Assembly: GCA_963739395.1 (NCBI GenBank)
Contig: CAVUAE010000001.1
Location: 518,056 to 582,055 of the forward strand
DNA length: 64,000 bases
Source of the DNA: an uncultured Chloroflexia bacterium
GTDB lineage: Bacteria > Chloroflexota > Dehalococcoidia > Dehalococcoidales > RBG-16-60-22
Direction of reading: 5' to 3'
Shown here: positions 45,491 through 53,564 of the stretch, in pieces
How positions within the stretch are numbered: position 1 is the first letter of the stretch
Layout of the letters: the number at the start of each line of letters is the position of its first letter
Made by a program: the position numbers and the translations under genes
The notes under the pieces: generated by a model
The model's input: only the letters and a program-made list of their open reading frames with translations
Database searches by the model: none
What the model was told of the DNA's origin: nothing

Positions 45491-47785
45491 ATGATGAAAA
45501 CAAAAACAATTACTTTGGCGCGCATCAGCGTCAGCGGCGTCGTGCAGGGGGTGGGTTTCCGTCCATTCGTTTACCGCTTGGCCAAGCAACACAACCTACT
45601 CGGCTGGGTATGTAATACCTCCGAGGGCGTGAAAATCGAGGTGGAGGGGGAGGTTAAAGACATCGAACTGTTCTTAAACAAACTACGCGATCAGGCGCCG
45701 CCGGTGTCGCATATTGAAGATATCAAAGTCACGTCGGGCACGCCAGCTAACTACGACAAGTTTGAAATCCGTAAAAGTATAGCCGAAGTCGGTAAGTATC
45801 AACTAATTTCCCCGGATATCGCCACCTGCCCTGATTGTTTGAAAGAAATATTCGACCCTACCAACCGCCGTTACCGATATCCTTTTACCAACTGTACGAA
45901 CTGCGGTCCCCGTTTTACGATTATCCAGGACATACCTTACGACCGCCCTAAAACCACGATGAAAAGTTTTAAGATGTGCCCGGCATGCCAGAAAGAATAT
46001 AATGACCCTCTTAACCGCCGTTTTCACGCCCAGCCCAATGCCTGTCCTGTATGTGGACCACAGCTTAACTTGGTAGATAACCAAGGCAAGGTTGTAGTCT
46101 GCAAGGATGTTTTAAAAAAGACCGCCGAACTGCTGAAAGAAGGAAAAATCGTGGCGGTAAAGGGGCTGGGAGGCTTTTTATTAGCCTGCGACGCCACCAG
46201 CGAGAAAGTCGTCAACCGCCTACGCCAGCGTAAGAACCGTCCGGCTAAACCACTGGCGGTAATGGTCGCTGACTTGGATGAAGCTAAAAAACACTGCGAA
46301 GTGAATGATGAAGAAATCAAGCTGCTGACCTCGTCGGGCAGTCCCATCGTTTTATTGAAATGGAAACCTGAATCCAGTATTACTCAAGCAGTCACGCCGG
46401 GACTAAAATACCTCGGCGTAATGCTCCCCTATACTCCCCTCCACCAACTCCTCTTAAGCAAGGTCGGCCTACCGCTGGTGATGACGTCCGGCAACTTAAG
46501 CGAGGAGCCTATCGCCAAAGACAATGATGAGGCTGTAAGACGACTTGGTAAAATCGCCGACTACTTCCTCATACATAATCGCGATATCTACGCCCGGTAT
46601 GACGATTCTGTAATGCTGGTAGAACAAGATATACCCCGCTTTACGCGTCGTGCCCGCGGCTACGCTCCTTATCCCATCCATCTTCCTTACCAGAGTAAAC
46701 AAATACTGGGCTGCGGGGCAGAGGAAAAGAATACCTTTTGCCTGACACGAGATAATTACGCTTTCATCAGCCAGCATATCGGGGACATGGAAAACATGGA
46801 AACGCTTGAACATTATGTCAACACCATCGACCTGTATAAGAAGCTGTTCAGGATTAAACCGGAAATTATTGCCCACGATATGCACCCAGAGTACTTACCG
46901 ACCAAATACGCCAAAGAGCTGGCGGAAAAAGACGGCTTAAAGCTCTTCCCCGTCCAACACCACCATGCACATATCGCGTCCTGCCTGGCGGATAACGGCG
47001 TAAATGGACCGGTTATCGGGGTGGCTTTAGATGGGACGGGATATGGTACTGACGGCAATATCTGGGGCGGGGAATTCATAGTGGCGGATTATAAGGACTT
47101 TAAACGGGCGGCGCACCTAGAATACCTACCATTAGCGGGGGGAACTTTAGCGATTAAAAAGCCCTACCGTACCACCATAGGTTATATGCTGGCTTTAGGA
47201 CTGGATCTAGATAAAAAAATGCCTTTCTTGAAGCAGGTGGACGAGAACGAAATAGTAATTATTAAGAACCAGGTACAGACGAAATTCAACGCGCCGCTGA
47301 CCTCCAGCATGGGTCGACTCTTCGACGCGGTGGCGGCATTAACGAGGATAAGGAGCATAATCGAATACGAAGCCCAGGCGGCTATCGACCTCGAGATGTC
47401 GGCTAATAACGCCCCTGACGAAACAGGATTTTATCCATTCACTTTTGAAGAACGAGATGAAATTATGGTGATTAAGATACATGACCTATTAAGAGCCGTT
47501 ATTTTAGATATCAAAGACCACGCAAGCCAATCCATTATCGCTATGCGTTTTCATAACACGATAACTCGCCTAATTTTAGAGACCTGTCAGAAAATCGCGG
47601 AAGACACAGGCATCAAGCAGGTAGCTTTAAGCGGCGGAGTTTTCCAGAATCGCTTGCTTTTAAGAAAAACCGTGCTTCTGCTTGAGTCCGCTGGCTTTAA
47701 GGTTTATACTCACCGACAGGTGCCCTGCAACGACGGCGGTATTTCGCTGGGGCAAGTGGCGATTGCTAATTATAATGGAGAGTGA
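45491..47785 (+). CDS. hypF: carbamoyltransferase HypF
   Basis: It has an acylphosphatase domain (VSGVVQGVGFRPFVYRLA), two CxxC-x18-CxxC zinc fingers, and YrdC-like and Kae1-like domains. The start is set at the ATG at 45491; the track start at 45419 reads through the repeat. Confidence 0.93.
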   Translation: MMKTKTITLARISVSGVVQGVGFRPFVYRLAKQHNLLGWVCNTSEGVKIEVEGEVKDIELFLNKLRDQAPPVSHIEDIKVTSGTPANYDKFEIRKSIAEVGKYQLISPDIATCPDCLKEIFDPTNRRYRYPFTNCTNCGPRFTIIQDIPYDRPKTTMKSFKMCPACQKEYNDPLNRRFHAQPNACPVCGPQLNLVDNQGKVVVCKDVLKKTAELLKEGKIVAVKGLGGFLLACDATSEKVVNRLRQRKNRPAKPLAVMVADLDEAKKHCEVNDEEIKLLTSSGSPIVLLKWKPESSITQAVTPGLKYLGVMLPYTPLHQLLLSKVGLPLVMTSGNLSEEPIAKDNDEAVRRLGKIADYFLIHNRDIYARYDDSVMLVEQDIPRFTRRARGYAPYPIHLPYQSKQILGCGAEEKNTFCLTRDNYAFISQHIGDMENMETLEHYVNTIDLYKKLFRIKPEIIAHDMHPEYLPTKYAKELAEKDGLKLFPVQHHHAHIASCLADNGVNGPVIGVALDGTGYGTDGNIWGGEFIVADYKDFKRAAHLEYLPLAGGTLAIKKPYRTTIGYMLALGLDLDKKMPFLKQVDENEIVIIKNQVQTKFNAPLTSSMGRLFDAVAALTRIRSIIEYEAQAAIDLEMSANNAPDETGFYPFTFEERDEIMVIKIHDLLRAVILDIKDHASQSIIAMRFHNTITRLILETCQKIAEDTGIKQVALSGGVFQNRLLLRKTVLLLESAGFKVYTHRQVPCNDGGISLGQVAIANYNGE

Positions 47786-47788
47786 ATC

Positions 47789-48367
47789 ATGACTAAAAAA
47801 ACTTTTGGACCCCAACCGTGGCTTTTCCCTCACCCAACGGTGCTGTTAGGTTCGGTGCACGATGGTAAAGCTGATTTTGCCGCTTATGCCTGGTGTGGTA
47901 TTACCAGTGCCGAGCCACCCACAATCTCCGTCGGTATCAGGCACCAGCGGCATACTTTAAAAGGTATTTTCCAAAATAAAACCTTTTCCGTAAACGTTCC
48001 GTCAGTAGACCTCCTTAAAGAGACAGACTATTGCGGCACAGTTTCCGGGGCAGACACGGACAAGGTTAATGACTGTAAATTTAAAGTATTTTATGGTGGT
48101 TTAAAAACGGCGCCACTCATCGAGCAATGCCCGGTTAATCTGGAATGTGAAGTCCTGCACATTCTTAATCTGGGCAGCCACGCTTTGGTGGTTGGTAAAA
48201 TAGTTCAGACGCATGTTTCCGAGGATTGCCTGACTAACGACCAGCCGGATATCCTGAAAATCAAACCATTCGTTTACAGTCGCGGTCCCGTGTCACGCTA
48301 TAACGCTGTCGGCGAAGTACTGGGACAGGCTTTCGACGTCGGCAAAGCGATAAAAAAGAAGGGATAG
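47789..48367 (+). CDS. flavin reductase-like (FMN-binding split-barrel) domain protein embedded in the hyp operon
   Basis: 192 aa with a flavin_reduct-like pattern (PTVLLGS...KADFAAYAW.., NVPS.., ...VNLECEV). It lies 3 nt after the hypF stop and 4 nt before the hypC start. Confidence 0.6.
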   Translation: MTKKTFGPQPWLFPHPTVLLGSVHDGKADFAAYAWCGITSAEPPTISVGIRHQRHTLKGIFQNKTFSVNVPSVDLLKETDYCGTVSGADTDKVNDCKFKVFYGGLKTAPLIEQCPVNLECEVLHILNLGSHALVVGKIVQTHVSEDCLTNDQPDILKIKPFVYSRGPVSRYNAVGEVLGQAFDVGKAIKKKG

Positions 48368-48371
48368 TCTG

Positions 48372-48593
48372 ATGTGTTTAGCCGTACCAGCACTCATCAA
48401 GTCAATTAAAGGTCAACAAGCCGTAGTGGACATCGAAGGCGTGACTAGGGATATCAGTTTACAGCTTACACCGGAGGCAAAAGTAGGCGACTACGTTCTG
48501 CTGCATACCGGCTATGCTATTAGCATCATTGACGCCGACGAAGCCGAGGAAACACTTAAACTTTTAAAAGAGATAAGCGAAGCCAGTCCATAA
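48372..48593 (+). CDS. hypC: hydrogenase assembly chaperone HypC
   Basis: 73 aa with the hallmark MCLAVP N-terminus. Confidence 0.92.
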   Translation: MCLAVPALIKSIKGQQAVVDIEGVTRDISLQLTPEAKVGDYVLLHTGYAISIIDADEAEETLKLLKEISEASP

Positions 48594-48594
48594 C

Positions 48595-48680
48595 GTCATT
48601 GCGAGGAGCGCAGCGACACGGCAATCTCCATTATTGAATTATGACAATGACCAAGATTGCCACGCTTCGCTCGCAATGAC
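48595..48680. repeat. REPIN-like composite palindrome (GTCAT...ATGAC termini) in the hypC-hypD gap
   Basis: The left arm is GTCATTGCGAGGAGCGCAGCGACACGGCAATCT and the right arm is AGATTGCCACGCTTCGCTCGCAATGAC. Each arm is an ATTGC/GCAAT hairpin, and the arms are inverted. Confidence 0.8.
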
Positions 48681-48691
48681 AAAAAAGTAGT

Positions 48692-49786
48692 ATGAAATAC
48701 GTTGAAGAATACCGCGACCCGAAGCTGGCGAAAAAGCTGCTGGAGAAAATACATCAGAAGTCGCATAAGCATATTAAGTTGATGGAATTCTGCGGCGGAC
48801 ATACGGTGGCAATCTTTAAGCACGGACTCCGCCAGCTGTTGCCTCCAAATATCGAGATGCTGTCCGGTCCGGGCTGTCCCGTCTGCGTCACTGCCAGCGC
48901 TGACCTCGATAAAGCGATTATATTAGGAAAGATCCCTGACGTCATCATTACCAGCTTTGGCGATATGGTGCGGGTGCCGGGGAGCTTTTCCAGTCTGCAG
49001 CAGGCTAAAGCCGAGGGTGCGGATGTCAGGATTGTCTATTCCACGCAGGATGCTTTAGCCATCGCCCGTGAAAATCCAACCAAATCAGTAGTCTTTATCG
49101 GCATTGGCTTCGAGACCACTGCGCCGACCGTTGCCGCTTCAATTTTACAGGCAGAACAAGAAAAACTGAAAAATTATTACGTATATTCGCTGCATAAGGT
49201 TTGCCCGCCAATCATGAAAACTATTCTTGACCTGGGCGAGGTGAAGATAGACGGCATTATCTGTCCGGGGCACGTCAGCACCATTATCGGCTCGCGTCCC
49301 TATCAATTCATCGCCGATGACTACCATATCGCCTGCGTCGTTTCTGGTTTCGAGCCAGTGGATATCCTGCTGGCGGTGGAAAGGCTGGTTGAGCAAATTG
49401 AGAGTAATCAGCCGAAGGTAGAAATCGCTTACCGGCGGGGGGTAAAGGAAGAGGGGAACCTGCCTGCTTTACGCTTGATGGACACTGTATTTGAAGTCGG
49501 TGAGGCGAACTGGCGAGGCATCGGTATGGTACCGGGAAGCGGACTGACAATCCGAGAAAAATACAGCCAGTTCAACGCTGAAAAACATTTTATTATCAAA
49601 GTCCAGCCATCCCACGAGCCCAAAGGCTGTATCTGCGGGGCAGTACTGCGGGGCATAAGCACACCTAAAGACTGTAAGCTTTTCCGTAAGACCTGCACGC
49701 CGGAGCATCCTGTAGGTCCCTGCATGGTATCATCAGAAGGAAGTTGCGCCACCTATTACCAATACGGAGACGACAATGGAAGATAA
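48692..49786 (+). CDS. hypD: hydrogenase formation protein HypD
   Basis: 364 aa with MKYVEEYRDP, the CGGHT motif, GPGCPVCV, and C-terminal Cys motifs. Confidence 0.93.
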   Translation: MKYVEEYRDPKLAKKLLEKIHQKSHKHIKLMEFCGGHTVAIFKHGLRQLLPPNIEMLSGPGCPVCVTASADLDKAIILGKIPDVIITSFGDMVRVPGSFSSLQQAKAEGADVRIVYSTQDALAIARENPTKSVVFIGIGFETTAPTVAASILQAEQEKLKNYYVYSLHKVCPPIMKTILDLGEVKIDGIICPGHVSTIIGSRPYQFIADDYHIACVVSGFEPVDILLAVERLVEQIESNQPKVEIAYRRGVKEEGNLPALRLMDTVFEVGEANWRGIGMVPGSGLTIREKYSQFNAEKHFIIKVQPSHEPKGCICGAVLRGISTPKDCKLFRKTCTPEHPVGPCMVSSEGSCATYYQYGDDNGR

Positions 49787-50777
49787 AATCCTGCTCGCTC
49801 ATGGCAGCGGCGGCAAGCTCATGCACGACCTCATCCAGAGCTTTATGCCCGACTTAGCTAATCCCATTTTGGAAAAGCTGGAAGATGCGGCGGTCTTTGA
49901 CGTTAAAGGCAGGCTGGCTTTCACTACGGATAGCTACATCGTTAATCCTATTTTCTTCCCAGGTGGGGATATCGGGCGGCTGGCGGTCTGCGGCACGGTT
50001 AACGACCTCGCCATGAGTGGGGCGAAACCGCTTTACTTGAGTCTGGCTTTTATCATCGAGGAAGGACTACCCGTCGCCGACCTGAAGAAAATCCTCGGCT
50101 CGATTAAAAAAGCTGCGGCGGAAGCCAACGTAAAAATCGTCACCGGCGACACGAAAGTGGTGAATAAAGGTTCTGCCGATAAGCTTTTTATCAATACGGC
50201 GGGAGTGGGCATTGTACCAGAGGGAGTGGATATCTCCGCCGCTAACGCCAAAATCGGCGATAAAGTGATCTTAAGCGGCAACATCGGCGACCATGGTATC
50301 GCCGTATTAAGTCAGCGGGAGGGGCTTAAGTTCGGTACGTCTGTCCCCTCCGATTGTGCCCCGTTGAATGACTTGGTAGCAGATATGCTGATGGTAACGA
50401 AAAACATCCACTGCATGCGCGACCCCACCCGGGGTGGACTGGCAACCACGCTGAATGACTTTGCGGAAAATTCAAACGTGGGTATTATGATAGAAGAAGA
50501 TAAAGTGCCAGTTAATAAAGCCGTGTTGGCAGCCTGCGAGCTGCTGGGACTCGACCCGTTATATATCGCCAACGAGGGCAAGCTGGTTGCTGTCGTGCCG
50601 GCTAAAAACGCTGACGCAGTACTCGCTGTGATGAAGAAAAACAAGTATGGCAAGAACACCACCATCATCGGCGAAGTCGTCGCCGAGCATCCTCGACGCG
50701 TGGTTATGAAAACAATTTTAGGGGCTTCGCGGATTATCGATATGCCGGTAGGTGAACTGCTGCCGCGGATATGCTAA
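49776..50777 (+). CDS. hypE: hydrogenase expression/formation protein HypE
   Basis: 333 aa with a PurM-like fold. LAHGSGG N-terminus; the C-terminus ends PRIC (the carbamoyl/cyano carrier Cys). Confidence 0.93.
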   Translation: MEDKILLAHGSGGKLMHDLIQSFMPDLANPILEKLEDAAVFDVKGRLAFTTDSYIVNPIFFPGGDIGRLAVCGTVNDLAMSGAKPLYLSLAFIIEEGLPVADLKKILGSIKKAAAEANVKIVTGDTKVVNKGSADKLFINTAGVGIVPEGVDISAANAKIGDKVILSGNIGDHGIAVLSQREGLKFGTSVPSDCAPLNDLVADMLMVTKNIHCMRDPTRGGLATTLNDFAENSNVGIMIEEDKVPVNKAVLAACELLGLDPLYIANEGKLVAVVPAKNADAVLAVMKKNKYGKNTTIIGEVVAEHPRRVVMKTILGASRIIDMPVGELLPRIC

Positions 50778-51244
50778 AGATGAATAAAGAATCTACTCCC
50801 CGTATCGTCGTCATTGGCGTGGGCAACCTGCTGCAAAAAGATGAAGGTGTTGGCATCCACGCTGTTCAAGCGCTCCAGGAAATGAAATTACCCAAGGATG
50901 TGGAACTAATTGATGGGGGGACATCGCCGGATATAATCGCCTATACCCGGGCGACATATAAAATGATAATCATCGATTGCGCTAAAGCAGGGGGAAAACC
51001 AGGGACGTTTTACTATTTTAAGCCAGAGGATTTAGCCACGGGTGAAGGGACCTTAACCTCTGCGCATGAAATGGGCGTCGTCGAAAACCTGAACTTAATG
51101 TCGCTGACCGGTAATAAACCCAAAGATGTCGTCATCATCGGCATCGAACCGGCCGAAATCGACTGGGGCATGGAGCTTTCGCCAACGCTCAAGCAAAAGC
51201 TGCCGGACTTAATAAAAATGGTTTTAAAAGAGATTAGCAATTAA
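50771..51244 (+). CDS. [NiFe]-hydrogenase maturation endopeptidase (HyaD/HybD/HycI family)
   Basis: 157 aa with IVVIGVGNLLQKDEGVGIHAV and DGGT motifs typical of the family. Confidence 0.85.
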   Translation: MLKMNKESTPRIVVIGVGNLLQKDEGVGIHAVQALQEMKLPKDVELIDGGTSPDIIAYTRATYKMIIIDCAKAGGKPGTFYYFKPEDLATGEGTLTSAHEMGVVENLNLMSLTGNKPKDVVIIGIEPAEIDWGMELSPTLKQKLPDLIKMVLKEISN

Positions 51245-51363
51245 AAAATTATGCCCTTGATTTTTACTCTTTCATAAATTTACTTTACTATCGCTGTTGC
51301 TTGGGATATAATAACTTGTATTAATGTTCTTAATACAAGTCCCTGATAACGAAAGGAGACCCC

Positions 51364-52212
51364 ATGGATTTTAAAGGTAAGACAGCCGTAGTTACAGGCT
51401 CTTCCGGCGGCATCGGTAAAGCGATTGCTATCGCCCTGGCTAAAGAAGGGGCGGCTATCGTCCTGGCGTCCCGTAACGTGCCTAACATGGAAGCCGTGAA
51501 AAAGGAGATTGAAGCCCTCGGTCGCAAAGTAGTCGTCATTCAGTGCGACACTTCTAAAGACGAGAGCGTAGTTGACATGCGGGATAAGGCGTTGAAGGCA
51601 TTCGGCAATATCGATATCTTAATCAATAATGCCGCCGTCGGTATCCGCGGTTCGCTGGAGGACGTAAGTCTGGACGACTGGAGATATATCATCAACACGA
51701 ATATCATGGGCTATATCCGTAACGTGCACGCTTTCCTGCCACATTTTATACAACGCAAGAGCGGCTATATCGTCAACGTTTCTTCCATCCAGGCGTTGGC
51801 TTACGGCGCCGAGATGCAAAATACCCCCTATATCACCACTAAAGCAGGCATCATCGGTTTTACGGACTGTCTTTCCTCTTACCTGCGTCCCAAAGGCATT
51901 AAGGTCTCCTGCCTGATTCCGGGCGGCGTCATCACCAATATCGCGGAAAACTCGCGGTTCGTCGGCTCGGAAGAACGAAAGAAAGAACTGCGTGATAGGG
52001 ACCTGCAATTCACTAAGTCCCCGATGTTCCTCACCGCGGAGCAATGCGCGCAAGGGCTAATCGAGGGAATGAAGAAAGAGGAGTATTTTATTCTTACGCC
52101 ACCTAATATGGCGGAGATGCTTAAGATGCAGGGGCGAGACATCGCCATGCTTAATGCTTATGTGGCTAATCCGCCACCACCAAGATTCCCTCCCCCACCC
52201 CAACCAAAATAG
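51364..52212 (+). CDS. short-chain dehydrogenase/reductase (SDR) ending in a proline-rich tail
   Basis: 282 aa with TGSSGGIGKAIA (TGxxxGxG), NNAA, and the catalytic Y-x3-K (YITTK). The C-terminus is ANPPPPRFPPPPQPK. Confidence 0.85.
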   Translation: MDFKGKTAVVTGSSGGIGKAIAIALAKEGAAIVLASRNVPNMEAVKKEIEALGRKVVVIQCDTSKDESVVDMRDKALKAFGNIDILINNAAVGIRGSLEDVSLDDWRYIINTNIMGYIRNVHAFLPHFIQRKSGYIVNVSSIQALAYGAEMQNTPYITTKAGIIGFTDCLSSYLRPKGIKVSCLIPGGVITNIAENSRFVGSEERKKELRDRDLQFTKSPMFLTAEQCAQGLIEGMKKEEYFILTPPNMAEMLKMQGRDIAMLNAYVANPPPPRFPPPPQPK

Positions 52213-52261
52213 ATATCGTCGTTCTTGTCAGCTACGCCGGGATAGTTTATACTCCAGATAC

Positions 52262-52358
52262 GGGAGCGGATGAGTCCCGGTGGGCTTCGCGGACTTCAAA
52301 TCCGTTGGGGTCCTTCTTTGAAGGATTCGGTGGGTTCGACTCCCATGCGCTCCCGCCA
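52262..52358 (+). tRNA. selC: tRNA-Sec (anticodon TCA), with encoded CCA
   Basis: GGGAGCGGATGAGTCCCGGTGGGCTTCGCGGACTTCAAATCCGTTGGGGTCCTTCTTTGAAGGATTCGGTGGGTTCGACTCCCATGCGCTCCCGCCA. The anticodon loop CTTCAAA, a long variable arm, a 6-bp D stem, a GGTTCGACTCC T arm and a G-CCA end closely parallel E. coli selC as I recall it. selA and selB are nearby. Confidence 0.92.
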
Positions 52359-52367
52359 GAATGTATT
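52350..52367. repeat. attL-like direct repeat spanning the tRNA-Sec 3' end
   Basis: CTCCCGCCAGAATGTATT. It is repeated at 53485..53502 as CTCCCGCGAGAATGTATT (17/18). Confidence 0.85.
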
Positions 52368-52434
52368 CTGTCTTTATATAAGATGGAGACAAAGAAGTCG
52401 ATTTTACGAAAAGACTCAGAGGTTTCATACTAAT

Positions 52435-53361
52435 ATGGAAAAAAGGAAGATACTGGTAATACTTGATGACGAGTTAAGTATTCTAAAAGCATATAAACGC
52501 TTTATTAACCTTTTGCCAGAAGTAAAACACATAGAATTAGCCTTTTTTTCCACTGACTCGGATGCAGTAAAATTCGTCAAAGAAAATGCCGAATACATAA
52601 TCGGTTTCATTCAAGATATGAGTAGACCATCAGTTGGTCAGACAGGCTTTGCTGGAATACGTTTTTTAAATGAAGTAATTAACACACTGACACCTTGGGC
52701 TAAGACTGTCATAGCTTCAGGGCAAGTATATGCAGAAGAAATCATGGAATTATTGTACTCAGCGAAATATAAAATTCGGTTTCTTGCTAAACCTTTCGAT
52801 GTGAGTCATTTCCGTATTAACATACAATGGTTATTAGAATCACAGGTTGATACTGAAGATTTTCTACTTAACGAAGCCCAATTGAAGGATTCTAAAATCA
52901 TACAGTTGATAAAAACACCTTGGGAAGACGTATATAGATATATCGCTGAAAATCCTTCATTTCTTCACTCTATGGATCCAAGGTTGTTCGAGGAACTAGT
53001 TGCAGACATCTTCAAGCGTTTCGGCTGGGATGTGGAACTGACTGCTCATACCCATGATGGTGGATATGATATTATAGCTATCAAGCAAAATGATCCTACA
53101 TGCCAACGCATACTCATTGAAGCTAAACGATATGCACCAAATCGAGTAGTTGGTGTCGAGATTGTTCGTTCAATATACGGACTTAGGTCTCTTCACGCAG
53201 CAAGCCAAGTTGTTCTAGCAACAAGCTCTTATATATCTGATGTGGCAAAAAAAGAATTCCTTAGAGTAATACCTTGGGAACTGGACTTTATTGAACGGGA
53301 TAGGATTTTAGATTGGTGCAGGCAATATGGTGGAGTGAGTCTAGATGGGTCTTTAAAATGA
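52435..53361 (+). CDS. fusion of a response-regulator receiver (REC) domain with an Mrr-type PD-(D/E)xK restriction endonuclease domain
   Basis: REC features are VILDDE (acidic pair), IIGFIQDMSRP (phospho-acceptor Asp position), VIASG and FLAKPFD (Lys-Pro). Mrr_cat features are FEELVADIFKRFGW...GGYDIIAI...ILIEAKRY. The start is set at the ATG at 52435; the track ORF from 52270 overlaps the tRNA. Confidence 0.7.
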   Translation: MEKRKILVILDDELSILKAYKRFINLLPEVKHIELAFFSTDSDAVKFVKENAEYIIGFIQDMSRPSVGQTGFAGIRFLNEVINTLTPWAKTVIASGQVYAEEIMELLYSAKYKIRFLAKPFDVSHFRINIQWLLESQVDTEDFLLNEAQLKDSKIIQLIKTPWEDVYRYIAENPSFLHSMDPRLFEELVADIFKRFGWDVELTAHTHDGGYDIIAIKQNDPTCQRILIEAKRYAPNRVVGVEIVRSIYGLRSLHAASQVVLATSSYISDVAKKEFLRVIPWELDFIERDRILDWCRQYGGVSLDGSLK

Positions 53362-53484
53362 TTACACTGTTTCATGTATGATATTGAGAATAGAAACAGG
53401 AACATTGTTTGGGCGAATATACACAGTGTCTTAATTGACAATGATGACAACTACTATTTTCAGTAATTCTAAGATTTATCTATA

Positions 53485-53502
53485 CTCCCGCGAGAATGTA
53501 TT
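53485..53502. repeat. attR-like direct repeat
   Basis: CTCCCGCGAGAATGTATT, matching 52350..52367 at 17/18 positions. Confidence 0.85.
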
Positions 53503-53564
53503 ATCTCCTTGAGAATTATTCTCAGGTGTGTAATAAAACCAATAGCTATTTCTTCTAGATAGCT

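Larger units (their letters stand above)
52359..53502. mobile_element. AT-rich ~1.1-kb islet inserted at the 3' end of tRNA-Sec (no integrase retained)
   Basis: Bounded by the 17/18 direct repeat that includes the last 9 nt of the tRNA. A sampled line gives 19/60 G+C inside versus 33/60 in the upstream SDR gene. It has a single cargo gene. Confidence 0.65.

Noticed and set aside
52270-52434. N-terminal 55 codons of track ORF 52270..53361.
   Set aside because: This stretch overlaps tRNA-Sec and the att repeat. The REC domain begins right after the ATG at 52435.
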